A DNA stretch of 64,000 nt from Dudresnaya verticillata. Taxonomy: Eukaryota. Below, piece by piece: positions 20,570-33,074 of the stretch (positions are counted from its first letter, which is position 1; each line of letters opens with the position of its first letter). Location of the stretch: assembly GCA_977862235.1 (NCBI GenBank), contig OZ374566.1, positions 434,001 through 498,000 of the forward strand, written 5' to 3'. A model generated the notes under the pieces. The model had not been told where the DNA came from. It saw nothing but the letters and a program-made list of their open reading frames with translations, and did no database searches. The position numbers and the translations under genes are program-made.

Positions 20570-22200
20570 GCGTGTGCGCGCGAGACGGGCGAGCGCGAGC
20601 GGGTTGTAGGCGAGCGCGGGGCGGGGCGCGGCGGGACGCGCGCGCGCAAGGGGCAGACAGACAGACAGACAGACAGACGTGCGCGGGGGCCAAGGGGCGC
20701 GCGCGCCTCCGGCGGTTATGCACGCACGCGCCGCTGGCCGCAGCGCGACGGCGTTCAGGCGGCAGGCTGGCGCTGCTGGGGCAGGGGCCACCTCGCGCGC
20801 TCGTGCGAGCGTGCGTGCGTGCGGGCGCGCGCGCGGGCGCGAGGGCAGGCAAGCGCGCGCGCGCGCGCGCGACAGGGAGGCGCGGGCGACAGGGACGGCG
20901 ACTGCGCGCGGTTTGGCGCGCGCGCGCGCATCGGCGAGAGAAAGGCGGCGCGGCCGTGCATTGCCGGACACGGCGGGGCGCGCGCGCGCGCGGCGGCGCG
21001 GCGCGGCGCGGCGCGCGAGCCACGGCGCGGTGGAACGGCGCGCGGTGGACGTGGCGACGTGGCGCGGCGTGCTGCGGCGCTTGCGATTGCGATCGCGACT
21101 GCGCTCGAACGAGCGGCTTCGGCGCGCGCGTGTTTGTTGTGAGCTCCGATCCGCCGCCGCGTCGCGTGCTTCCACCGACACACATACAGGCAGACAGGCC
21201 ACACGCGCGTAAGGCCGGCGCCGGTGCGAGGTGCGGTCGGCGAGATTGCACACACGCGCCCCCCCCCCCCCCCGTGCCACCGCGCGAGGCGGCTTTCGCG
21301 GCGGCGCTGACTGACGGCGCCGGCTGTCGCTGTTGGCGCGCGCGCTCGCTGCGCCGACACCAATCTCGACACTTTGCACGTGCACATACAGAGCGCCCGC
21401 CAGACATGCGTGCTTTGCGAGCGGCACGGCAGCTTTTCAAGACGGGGTTGTACGGTCTGCGTCGGGCGGGCGCGTGATTGAATCTTGACGGCGTTGATTT
21501 TCGAAAGTTCCAACGCGCTTTCCCGCGGCGCGCGTCGCGTTCCACGTGGCCAGAGAGCACGCAGCGCAGCTCGTTGAAGCACGGCACGGCCTCGCTTCGC
21601 ACGGCATCGCGCGACAGTCGCTTCGCATTGGAATGTGTATCTTTTGCAACGCGCTCCTCGCTCGCGCTTCGCACCTCGCGCCTGCGCCTCGCGCCGCGCG
21701 CCGCGCAGTCGTCCCACGCGCGCCAGCCGGCAGGCGTGCAGGCAGGGCGCGCTTGGAGTTGTCGACGGGGGCGGCAAGCGCCGCGCTGCTTCCCAGCGCC
21801 GAGACGCAGACATCGGTGGGCGCGCGCGGGCAGCAGGCGCCGTGATGCGCCCTGTTTCGCCGCTGCGGCGCAGGAATAAGCAGCGGCCGACGCGGGCTGA
21901 GGTGCTGTCTGTGCGAGCGGCAGATGCAACAAGATGCGGCACACTCACTGCGCGGAGAACGCCGCCGCGCGTGCGCTGCGCACTGCGCAGCCGCCCGCCG
22001 CCGAGCACCGCCAAGCATCTGCGCGTGTTCTGCGCGCTGCCGCCGCGCACGTCACGCGCGCGCGGGGACGCGGTGAAGCGGACAAAACGCCCGCGCTGGC
22101 ATCCATGCGCGCGGTGGCGCGCTGCGGGGGGCAGCTCTCCACCGATGCGGGCGGCGTGCGGGACGAAAACGAAACGCGCGGCTGCTGCTGCGAACGAGAA
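19780..22200. other. Extremely GC/CpG-rich island (approximate limits) with G30 tract, (CG)n runs and microsatellites
   Basis: G run 20538-20567, C run 21259-21273, (GACGCG)n ~20282-20311, (GACA)n ~20654-20678 and an alternating GC run ~20853-20870. Confidence 0.85.
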
Positions 22201-24972
22201 GGGACGATTGGTAGACGCACAAGTGTATATCGACTGCCAGTAGCGGGGCTGGTGCTGTTGTTAAAGCATTGTTAAAACATTACAGTAGTACATATATGTA
22301 CTGCGGCGGGGGAGCAGCCAACAGCGCGGCTTGCGCAGGTGCCGAGCGCTTTTAACGCCGATCACCCGTTCGAGTTTCGAAACGAAGAAGCGCAGCCCGC
22401 CGCGCTGTGGCGTCGGCAGCCTCTGTCCCTTGCGCGAGCGGGCGGGCGGGCGTCACCTTCGACAAGCGCAGTTGTGAAAGTTACGCGCCGAGTCGCCCTA
22501 CCGTAAGAAAGGAATAAGGCTTCGGAAATGGGCCAAGTGTGGCAAGAGAAGCAATGCACTCTGATTGTAAATAAGGTGCAGTAGTGTAGTGCTGCTGCAA
22601 CTACAGTAGCTGCGTACGGCCGGCGATAAACGCACTGTGTTTGCAGGAGAGCTATCGCACGTGCTGCCGGCGTGCTCCTCCCACAAGATGGGTGCTGCTT
22701 TTTCGATCGGTGGTAAACTTTTTTAAGCAGAGAGCCTTTCGGTCGCGCACATTCATGGCTGTTGGCACGTCCTGTTTGTGATTATACACACTACCAGCTT
22801 CTCATTAAACAGGGTTTTATAAATGGGTCGAGTATTATATTAAATTAAACCAACACCGCCCCCTGTGTCGCCACCAGCCGTACTTGCGCTAGTTGGCACA
22901 ACAATAATCGCGCCTGCGATAAACTGTGGCCTTGTGCAAAAAATAACCACGCCCATTGTGCCTCGGCCCCCCTCTGTTCACCGGCGTGGGCCTTGGGCGC
23001 GCATATTATTTCGAAACAAGGAAAACAAGCCCAAATGAAACCCTATCCCTCGCGCACCAACTCTCTCATCACCTGCCTCCCCATCCTCAATTCTTGAAAC
23101 GCCCGCCACGCTCGGCCCTCCCACTGCAGTACTAAGGTACTACCGCAGCCCTGCACGCGCCGCACCGACATCGTCCCGACTGTAACTGCCGCCGGCCAGG
23201 CACAATGGCACCGTGCTGCGCATGTCGCAACCTCTTTCCGCGCGCGTGAATCACAAGTTGAATCAGATTCCGGCCTGCCGAAATACAGTTGTGACGTACC
23301 TGTCTGCCCAAAACGGGGGCCGAGTGCTAACCGAGGCCCACGGCGGAGAGAGGCAGTCATTCAACCGCAAGCCCCGCCTGCCGCCGCCAGATTCGCGTCC
23401 TCATGCTTCGCGCGACAGTGCATGCATACCTGCCCCATCAGCGGACAACCATCACTCAAAACGTCATGTGATGTCAACATCACTTGCGCCAACTCCCGCG
23501 CTTCGCCGAGCACAACCCGCCTCCTACACTGCATTGTATCTGTCCACCCATCAACCAACGCGCCCGTGCCATGCGCACGATCCAGTGCTCGCATTTCTAC
23601 ACTACACTACTGCACTGCACAGTAGCGAGTACTGTACAACAACAGCAGAGATACTGTAGTGTCTCAGGCGAGAGCAGAGCCCCATTGTGTCAATCACCGT
23701 CGCCGCGCGATGAGCGATGAGCACAAATCCCGCCGCCAGACAGAAGCGCACGCGCACGCACGCACGCAACAACAAACACGCGAGCAGCACACTTGCTTGC
23801 GACGCCGCGTTTCGCCCGATCCGATGCGACGACCGCGCCCGCGTGCAGCACTACTGCTACAACACCTGTTACAAAGCCTACATGTCACCTCGCCGTACAA
23901 AGCGTCAGCGCCGCCGCGAGCGCTACAGTTCCGTTTACGCCCGACCCGTATCCGCCCATCCATCGCTCCCTTCGCTCGCGCGCCGCGCGCGCGCGAGACG
24001 CGTCCAGCCAGCGTGGCCGCCGCGCGTGGCCCGGCCGCGCGCGTCTCCAAGCGAGCCGTCGAAGCGAACGCCGGCCGCCCCGACACACAGTAGCAACTGC
24101 GCCATGCTGCGTCTCGCTGGGGCTTCCGACGTGTCCGCCGTTGACGGACCGACTCGCGCGGGGTGCTGTAGCGCACGCGGCGCCGCCGCTTGCAGCAGCG
24201 CTTTGGCGCGCCGACCAGTGTGTCCGCCGCAGTGGCCGGTGGTGGCGCCGGGCGCGTGTGCAGTAGGTTGCGCGCGTTGCAGCCTGCGCGCGCCGCGCGC
24301 GTCATCTTGATGCTTGTCGCGGCCGTGCTTGTCGTGTGCGCGACCGCTTGCCGTGCGCAACCGCCGGATGACGTGCGCGCGCAACCGCCTTGTCGACGCG
24401 CGCGAACGCGCGCGGCTTGGCCTCGGCGAGACGCTTGCGTGCCGTTGCAGTGCAGCCCGTTGCCACTGTAGCTGCGCGCTGCCGTGCGGCAGTGGCGGTG
24501 AACTGCATCGGCTGCTGTGCGGAGCCTTGCAACCGCATAGAGTGGAATATACGACGCTGTAGCGCGGAAGAAGGGCAAATCCGTTGCTTAGGTGTGGATT
24601 GCGCTTCTGTCACCCTAAATACCTATCGTCTATGCAATGTTCAGATGCTCTCATCTCTCCTCATACGCTATGAACCCCGTGCATCCCACAATGCCGATCG
24701 CGGTGCTTCACCAGAGCCCTGCGTTCCATATCGAGCATCATCATTGCACCTGATCTACACGACCCTTGAAACGCTTGAGCTCACGTAGATACTCTTTTCT
24801 ACAACACTACTGATGATGCAGCTGCAATGTAAACGCTGTGCAGAAGGAGATCCAAAATCACCATCAAAACTTCACGCACAGCAGATCACAGCGGCGCCAA
24901 GTCCTCCGAGGGGACACTGCGAAACGAAAACCCTCACTCTCACCCACAACGAAACGCTACGCAGGAGCGCCA

Positions 24973-25545
24973 ATGCTCGCATCGAGCCACCTACGCACAC
25001 CACTCCTCGCACGCATCCGCGCGCAGCCCGCTCTCAACGCCGTAGCGCAACGCGCGTCGCTCACAAAAACAGCCATGGCAGAATCGCGCCCGCCCTTCCC
25101 GCCGTTCACGCGCGAAACCGCGCTTGTCAAGGTGCGCGCCGCGGAAGACGCGTGGAACACTCGCGACCCGGAGCGCGTGTCGAAAGCATACACGCCGGAC
25201 TGCACGTGGCGAAACCGGTCCGAGTTTCTGGCGGGGCGCGAGCAGATCGTGGCGTTTCTGACGCGCAAGTGGGCAAAGGAGAGCGATTACAAGCTAATCA
25301 AGGGGCTGTGGGCGGTCGACGGCAATCGCATCGCCGTGCGCTTCGCCTACGAGTGGCATGACGACACGGGTAGCTGGTTCCGCTCATACGGCAACGAAAA
25401 CTGGGAGTTTGAGACCAACGGGCTTATGAACCGCCGCATCGCAAGCATCAACGATGTGCCCATCACTGAGAGCCAGCGTGCGTTCCGCTGGGAGGGCGAC
25501 CGACGCCCAGATGACCACCCCGGGCTGGAGGATCTCGGCCTGTAG
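24973..25545 (+). CDS. DUF1348 (NTF2/SnoaL-like) protein with probable mitochondrial presequence
   Basis: [51 protein letters not shown] and [15 protein letters not shown] 24973 adds an Arg/Ala/Leu-rich, acid-free leader; a second ATG at 25075 starts the core domain. Confidence 0.92.
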   Translation: MLASSHLRTPLLARIRAQPALNAVAQRASLTKTAMAESRPPFPPFTRETALVKVRAAEDAWNTRDPERVSKAYTPDCTWRNRSEFLAGREQIVAFLTRKWAKESDYKLIKGLWAVDGNRIAVRFAYEWHDDTGSWFRSYGNENWEFETNGLMNRRIASINDVPITESQRAFRWEGDRRPDDHPGLEDLGL

Positions 25546-28500
25546 TCTGTTTCCCAAGTCTTGCATAAAACTTCCACTCCGAAACGAAACACGCGAGAGC
25601 TTGGCGACGCCCGACAAACGGCACCCCACCAATGCTCACCCCGCTACCAACGTGCCCACACCTCTCACCTCCCTCGCCAGGAACTGTCGTCAGCAAACAG
25701 CACACATGCTGGCTTACACGCCATGTACGGTATGACTGGCTCCCGCTTCACCCTTTTTGCGACAAACATCTGCGCGACAAGCAAGGAAGGAAAGCGCGAC
25801 CGCATGCACTCACACATACACTCGTAGAACGCTGAGGTCTGCAAGGTCGCCACACTGCACCTGCGGCATGTGTAGAGTACGTGGCCCGTTTCCCAGCGCG
25901 CTGCACATTATGCGAGCCACAAAGCTCGGAAAGCTCCGGGGAGGCTACGGAACACAACACCGCTGCCTGAGAGGTGGTCCCGAAGGAGCGCGGCCACGGG
26001 AAAGTCCAAAAGTCTATATGCCGGCATATGGACTTTCCGGCTCGACTCACGACTCTTTCCCACGACTCACATGAGTCGCCAGCACGGGCTTCGACTCGCG
26101 CCAATTCGACTCGTTGGAACCGGAGCACCAATGTGGTTGGCAATGTGAGATGCATGAACACGCTGGCAACAACCAGTCGAGCTTACGGGCGCGTCGGCGC
26201 CGGGCACACAACGAAGTCCATTCGATTCGCCGCTGCCACCCGCCGCCTGGCTGCGGAGTTTGTCCAGTTTGGACACGACGAGATAGCATTGTCACACCTT
26301 CCTCCCTTGCATTCCCATTCGGCCTGCGGTACCGATTGGGATGTGTGTCCGCCACGAGTACGCGGCTGCCGCCGCTGAACCCAGAGCGGTGAAACTCGCG
26401 GGCATGACTGAGGTAAGATTGATATCCTGTGATGATGGATGGGGTTGGTTCCAAGCAGCGTCACGAATGGCCCGGCCCTTGTTTGTCGCCACTCTCACTC
26501 CGTTCGCCAAACGGAAGAGGGAAAAAGAACGAGACACCGCAGCTATGCAATGCATGGCCGGGCCAACCACGCGGCCGAACTGATTTTCTGTAAGCCCCTT
26601 CCGCAGGCGGAGATGTTCGCTTCCACTCTCGGCAACGTGCCACCTCTTCGTTGCTGCAAGGTCCAACGTCAGGATTACCGACGCACTGTCACAGACTTCG
26701 CCGAGTTTCAGTAAGCCGCACGCTGGTCCGACGGCGCTTGACATGCGTACGATTCGCGCTGCGGCAGCGCGCATACCGCTTGGCACAGACGAGCCGCGTG
26801 CGCATGCGAGCGCGGATTGGACTTTCATTGCATCGCTAGGCGCTCAAAGCGACCGTTACGCGGATTCCGATCCGGCGCGCTTGTTGCCAACGAGCTGTTT
26901 CTCGCGTCTCGGCCGTCTCCACTTCAGCGATCAAACCGCGTTGCGTCGCGTAGCAGCGCGATCTCGAGAGCCTAGTCGTGCTAAGGATGCTCATCGCCAC
27001 CTGGTGCTGTTGCGCTCGACCTGTCCTAGACGATGCAAAAAGGCTCGACTCAATCCGTAGGAGCGCTCTGTGTTGCTCCCCGCGTTACTGGAAGAAACTA
27101 ACGAATTGTTCCAATTCGTTCGCCGCGGAACAAGCCATTATTCGGCGTCATGCTGCAGCTTATACTGCTACTACAGTTGCGAATTAAAAATAATTGTGCC
27201 GTAGTGTTCTTGTGCTGTGGATGTAGCATCGCAATTCCGTGAATATATCGCCAAGTGCATTAGCACTGGCCCTTGATTGTTAGAGATACTCACCGCAGCC
27301 GATGTATTATTGTAACAAAATCTTTGCCGGTATGAAGTTTTTCTGCGTCGCCGCAGGAGGCGAAAGGATTAACCGCAGTAGCTGCGATTACACAATCGGC
27401 AGAGCATAGACTAACTCTTAGAGCGGTCTATCTACCGCATCGGGGAGGACAAGTATTGCACGCAAGGTGATGTTAAACAATTTCGGCACAATGCACACCA
27501 TGTCGCGCATGTGCATTTCAAAACCCAATAAACCATGTACTCTCGAGACCGATTAGCTGCTGTTTATTTAGAAAACGCCAACTGCGGTTCGGGACTCTCG
27601 AATCGGGACCTGCGACTACACCCGAACTGCTCAGTCTCAATGACTGACGGTGAGTGCGTTGACAAATAGATACTGTCTGCGAAAGAATGAGGAGTTGTTT
27701 TCGAGCCAGTGGAGCCGCAGCGAGGAACACGTTGCACTACTGTTGGCGTAAGGACCTTAGGCTAAGATACCCATGGAGGGTAAGTAAGGGCACCTTCGCC
27801 ATTGACCTCAGAAGGAGAGAAGCAGGAACGCGTACACGAGCATAGCAAAAGGAGACGCAAGAAGAGGCTGTACTACCGACAGATGTCGCTTAAAACAATT
27901 CGCTTTGGATGTAATAACAAGCTTATCAATATTCAGTTGCTTCTGCAGCGACTGAACTTCAGCACATCACGCAAATGGTGCGAGGGCTTCTATAAAAAGA
28001 ATATATAATGTCGATTGCCTTCATAGTTTATGAGCCCTGGGGGGGGGGAGAAATAAAGGAGGTGTTGGTGCTATTTTTTTTATAAAGGTTATAAAAACAT
28101 ATTTATTTTTTTAATAAAGGAGGTGTGTAACCCTCATCATAGGGCCGATCAATCAAAGGATCGGGTAATGGTATTAACATGTCACTCTCGAGGTCGTGCT
28201 CTATATTCACCGGTAGGTCACAAGAGGGGCGCCTGTTCTGTAGCACGCCGCATCCTGCAACCGCATTTCTCACTATTCTGATTGCCGTCTCTCTCGACAG
28301 CGAGAGAGTATACTGTACTTCGTGGTGACAGCTTTAGAGCCATCAGACCATTTCACACTGCCACTCATGTGACAAGGCCGGGTATCTCTTTGCGACGATC
28401 ATTAAGGTAGCCTTACAGCCTATGCCCAAAGGATCGACCCTGCGATAGATTCTATTAATGAGCCATCTACAGTATCAGCCACAAGCAAATGCTTCAGAGT

Positions 28501-30302
28501 TTATGCACACCGCAGAAACAGAACTTGACGCAGTTCTGAGCTCAATATAAGGACAGCCGGAGCTAGCAAACCCCCTGCCAGATACCGTGCAATGGCTCTA
28601 TAGAAATTATTCCTTTATAGCATTTCAACGCAAGTCTCTGGGTTGCGCACTTGTTGAGCGCTCCGGCTGAACTTGTGTAACTGCCGGCTCTCTGACAAGC
28701 GCAAAACCTACTTCACTTTGCGCACTATTGAAAGTTCGTCAGTCGAATCTCCTAGAGCAATGACATGCTTCGCTTTCGCCAGCTCTTTGTAAACCAAGAG
28801 AATAAACAAGCTAGAAAATCAGCACTTTTCGGCAGATCTGGAATAACCATTGCATCAGTGGCTTCGGTAGCTTTCATGCATTAAATAATATATCAGAGCC
28901 ATTTCCTGACGTGAAAGAGCTCTACAATTCCAGGTTACGCCAGCCCTGATCTCAGAGTGAGCAATTTTCGATCCTTGACTGATTCGTAAGGCCGAAATAT
29001 GTGCAAGACGTTGGAATTCTATATTTTATCCGGAGGGATGCACGTCGAAGTATGCAGATACCTACTGAGGTAGTATCTTAACTAGGGAGCATCACAGCAC
29101 CACACCAAGCAATGCCACAAGGAAGCGGATATAGCGTTTTAGTGGTTTCTTTTTGCTTGGTCCACCATAGAGGTCGTGGGATTGAGTCTCGAGGGTGCGT
29201 GCTCGTGCGAAGCTGGAGAGTAGTCTACAAGTAGACTAAAAAAACAATGGAACCTGAACTTCAAGACCGTCACAAATCTCGTAATATTGCAGTTGTGCAC
29301 AGTACAATATTGCATACCGAGAGAGGTTCATAGCCCTTCGGCTTACTGCCGCATGAGCTCTGCGGAGAGATCGCATCACAGTTTCTTTTTCTATTGCACA
29401 GATCACACAGTTGGAGAATCTCTAGCGGAGAGAGCTGACACGCAGATCAGCACCACTGCGCAGCCGCAGCCGGGCAATAGAAAGAAATTGCATTAGCTCT
29501 TCTTGTACCAAATTCCTTTTTCACGCTAAGCTCCCTGGAGGTCTTCATAAATATCTGGAACAGGCATTGCTCTTTGCACAGCTGGAGGCCGGGACATCGT
29601 CTTTTGAAATACCCATAAAGATCCAGGCTGAATTGAAGCAACTTGCGAAGCAATGGGGTTCACACGGAAGCTGGATGCTGTTCAAGATGTTCATACTAAA
29701 GAAACCCAGGTTGTCGATCTTTGTCCAGCTTTTCTGAAGCTTTTCTGAGCTCAGTGAGCTGCCGTGAAAGCCCATGTGAAGCTGTTGTGTGCTGAAGCAA
29801 GCGATCGGCCCTCTAGACGAGGTATTCTAGTTACTCAATAATGTAGTACACTAAAGGAGTATAATTTCCATGTACGGAATAGAAAATCTAGAGTGTGCCG
29901 AGACAAAGCCATATGTGACAGAGATTGCTAGAAATCAGTGACAGAGATTCCAGAAGTCAGTGCACGGCTCTGGAATTTATTTAGTTCTGTTGAAATAAAA
30001 ATGGACTGCCTTTCGTGCCTTTGTAGTCATTCTTCTATCTCTAGCACAACGTTTCAGAGAGTGCAACATAGACGAGAGGTATCAAGAGTGAGAACAGGAA
30101 CAATGAGCAAGCCTTTTGCGCGTTGCGGTATTTTCTCGATCTACCTGAATATCCCCTGAATTTGCATCGAATTGAAGCGATAACACCACCACAGAGACAT
30201 AGAGCATCTCCTGTTTATGTAGTCTTACATATTAAAAAGGAGACCAGCGGTAACCGTGGTAGGTTAGTGGCGCGACACAGTAAGACCTACTCGGAGTCGG
30301 CG

Positions 30303-30303
<1 letters not shown>

Positions 30304-30342
<39 letters not shown>
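30304..30342 (+). repeat. C39 homopolymer
   Basis: Directly visible in intergenic DNA. Confidence 0.9.
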
Positions 30343-30899
30343 ATTCGCTGTCTCTGATTGTTGCCCCGCATTGCGAGCAGCTAAACTGCTACGGCTCTAT
30401 TACATAGTCTTTAACTTTAATCGGCAGTTTGCGCAACAATGTCGCAGTCGAAAAGGATGGGGCCCTTCCACTTTAGATTATCTGTCACTCAATCGGTTCG
30501 CAGTCTATACACGTTCATGGCAAGGTGGGGGCGAATCCCAACATGCCGGTGCAGCCTCTCACCTCTTGATTGACTGGAATGAGAAAATCTATGCATTTCT
30601 GAGTGCCGCACATAAATAGGCACCGTTAGTCGTAACGTGCAGAGAATGGACTATCGGTTGAACTCTGCTCGGAAGGATAAACTGCGCCTCGGGGGAATTT
30701 CAGTCGAAGCAGTCCTTGTAGTGCCCTCTTTCCGGAGAGCTCCTTCTCTCATGAGGAGAATGACAAACGGATTTCAGGTTCCTTCTAGTGAGGAACGCTT
30801 GCCTTTTACCTCGCTCTCGCGCTTCGCGCGATGGCTATGCCTAAAGACTTTAGTTATACATGCTCGAAGCAAAGGGTACTGGAGGCACCCCTGCCTCCA

Positions 30900-32090
30900 T
30901 CAGCGATGGGGACCGTGTTTATGATGGTGATGGTGATGGTGATGCACTACGTGCCTGGGGTGATGAGGGTACATAAATCCCCGATGACGAGGTGGCGGAT
31001 GCAAAGGGCGACCTGGATACCAACGATCGCCCGGATGCCGATGATGTCGCCGGTGCCAAGGCCCTGGTCTATCCCGGGGGGGAGCCCCCCAAAACGGGCG
31101 ACACCTCATACCGGGCGGTGCAAAGCCATGTTGATGCGAGTGTCGCCCAAAGAACCTCCTCCTACCCACCGACCCCGCAAGCAGACGCCAGGCTGCACCG
31201 AGCCAACCAAAGTCGGCATCCACGCACCAAGAATCCTGCACCTCCCTGGCGTCCTCCATCCTCCTCTTGCGCGCAGCGCGTCTTCTCCGTTGCATGCCCT
31301 CTATGCGCTCCTTCCCTATGCGAAGCACGTACTCATCGCCCTCCTCGTTGATGGGCAGCTCACGCATGAGGCGCCACAGATGATCGTTGTCCTCGTGCCA
31401 CTGGCCTCGTGCTCGCGGGCCGGGCCGCCAGAACCCTGCCTGGAAGGCTACGCCCTGCGGGTCATTCCAATCGCCGAGTAGTGCACGCCAAAGATCGCCT
31501 AACGTGCGAGGCTGAGCTCTATTCGAATCCTGTGGCGCATCGCCAGATGGTGATGCCTGTCTGTCATTAAACATGTCCGCGTACTCGAACGCGTACTCCT
31601 GTTCGTCGGCTCGCGGCACCTCTATAGATTGGAAAAGAGCCAGAATGACAGAGAGAACAGCCACGATAGTAGCGAAGCGCGTGGTAAGTGCAGAACGCAG
31701 GCGGATGGGTCGGTCATTCTCGCCGTGGTCGGAATCGTCTGATGCTACACTAGCTACTGGAGGGGTAGGTGACGAAGCCCGGGGTGCGGTGACAGGCTGA
31801 ATGTCATCTTCCGGGACTGGTGGTGGCAAAGAAGGGGGTGGGGGGTGTGTCAGCTCTGCGGGTCTGTGCGGCTGCGGAAATGCCGCTGTTGTGGATGGGA
31901 GGGTAGGTGGTGTGGGATCTGGCCGACTCGGCGCAGCAACACTTGAGTGCTCTCCGAGGGCTGAGGGTGGGTCTGGTGAGGTGGGAGGCTGCGGAAGTTG
32001 GGCAGCGGCGTCGGCGTTCGGGGCGAGGTCGGCTTCAGCCGGCGGCCCGGGAGGCACTGGATCAGCAGGGTCCTGACTCGAGTTTTCCAT
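30900..32090 (-). CDS. Hypothetical single-pass membrane protein: Pro-rich N-terminus, His/Arg/Pro-rich C-terminus (396 aa)
   Basis: ATG ORF with TM segment FATIVAVLSVILALF and tail ending VVHHHHHHHHKHGPHR. No family recognised. Confidence 0.72.
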   Translation of the reverse strand: MENSSQDPADPVPPGPPAEADLAPNADAAAQLPQPPTSPDPPSALGEHSSVAAPSRPDPTPPTLPSTTAAFPQPHRPAELTHPPPPSLPPPVPEDDIQPVTAPRASSPTPPVASVASDDSDHGENDRPIRLRSALTTRFATIVAVLSVILALFQSIEVPRADEQEYAFEYADMFNDRQASPSGDAPQDSNRAQPRTLGDLWRALLGDWNDPQGVAFQAGFWRPGPRARGQWHEDNDHLWRLMRELPINEEGDEYVLRIGKERIEGMQRRRRAARKRRMEDAREVQDSWCVDADFGWLGAAWRLLAGSVGRRRFFGRHSHQHGFAPPGMRCRPFWGAPPRDRPGPWHRRHHRHPGDRWYPGRPLHPPPRHRGFMYPHHPRHVVHHHHHHHHKHGPHR

Positions 32091-32944
32091 ATCGATGAGC
32101 TGTCGATGGAGACGGCGGCGGTGGCGGCGGCGGGGGCGGCGCTGCCACAGCGGGCATGGGAGACGCGGAGCGATGGAGAGCAGATGACAGGGAGGAGCAG
32201 AATGGTATTAAGGGCTTCTGTGGAGCGGCGGGGAAGCAGCAAAGCGAGCACGAGAGGCCGGGAAGGAGCCGCGCCCCAACACCCGGATTGCGCGCTCGAG
32301 ACAGCAGGTCGCACCGCTGTCCTGGGCACCACGGCGCGCCACGGCGCGCGTAGACTCGACCCTGCACCAATCGGCGCCGATGAATGTCGCCGATCATCTC
32401 CCGCCGCCAGCAAGGCGCCGTGGCAGCCACCGCCAAACTTCGATTCGCAGAACGGCCCCGCCGCCGGCCCGTCCGGACCCCCAAGCGCCGCCGTTCTCAC
32501 CTGTGCGACGCGCCTTACCCCCTCGGCCCGGGCCGCGCCGCCCGGGCTCGCATGGCGGGACCGCGGGCCGCGTCGCGGGGATGATCTGCCCGCACGCGCC
32601 ACTGCGGGCCCGGCCGGGCCCTTCGCCCGGCGCGTGGCGCCCGCTCGGGCCGAGCGGCCGCACCTTTCGTGGCCAGCGCGCAAGGAAGACACAGACGGCC
32701 CGTGATGGCGCTTCCTGCGCGGTCTGTATCTGCGCCGCCTCGAAGCCACCCAAGCAGCAGTGCTGCTCTCGCGAGCGCGTTTCGGGCCGTTCAACTTTCC
32801 AGCTGCGCTGGCGCTTTCGAACCGGCCGCCCGAGCTCGGGCAGCACGCCGCAGCTGCTTTCCACCCTGTTTTCTACCCGGATTGCGCCGCAGCCTGTCCG
32901 GGCAAGGGTGCCCATCCCCCACAACATCACCTCGGACTCGCCGG

Positions 32945-32953
32945 CCTTATAAG
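32945..32953 (+). promoter_or_regulatory. TATA-like box (CTTATAAGT)
   Basis: Isolated AT patch in a GC island, about 125 nt upstream of ATG 33075, followed by a C-rich leader. Confidence 0.5.
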
Positions 32954-33074
32954 TCGGGCGGTAACCTCACCGCAGCTCACCGCCTCTCCATTCGCCACCA
33001 CCACTGCGCCGTCACCGCCCGCCCGCCCACCCGCCCACCCATCCACCCGTCCGACCCGCACCAACCCCGCCGCC

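Noticed and set aside
20217..21944. N-terminal 576 aa of the 1177-aa ORF and the many overlapping Arg/Ala/Pro-rich ORFs at 19.4-22.3 kb
   Set aside because: Stop-codon scarcity in extreme GC DNA leaves several frames open on both strands. There is no protein-like content, and a good-context ATG exists at 20216.
22576..23615. CACTA-superfamily transposon
   Set aside because: The CACTA/TAGTG words face the wrong way for element termini, and there is no 3-bp target-site duplication or transposase. Kept only as an inverted-repeat observation.
23694..24578. ORFs in the 23.7-24.6 kb GC island, including a 53-aa signal-peptide-like ORF (24310-24471, MLVAAVLVVCATACRAQPP)
   Set aside because: Weak start context, open frames on both strands and no recognisable motif. 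It cannot be distinguished from chance.
27580..27615. GGTTC..TCGAATC string resembling a tRNA T-arm
   Set aside because: No cloverleaf or acceptor stem could be built. No tRNA or rRNA was found anywhere in the window.
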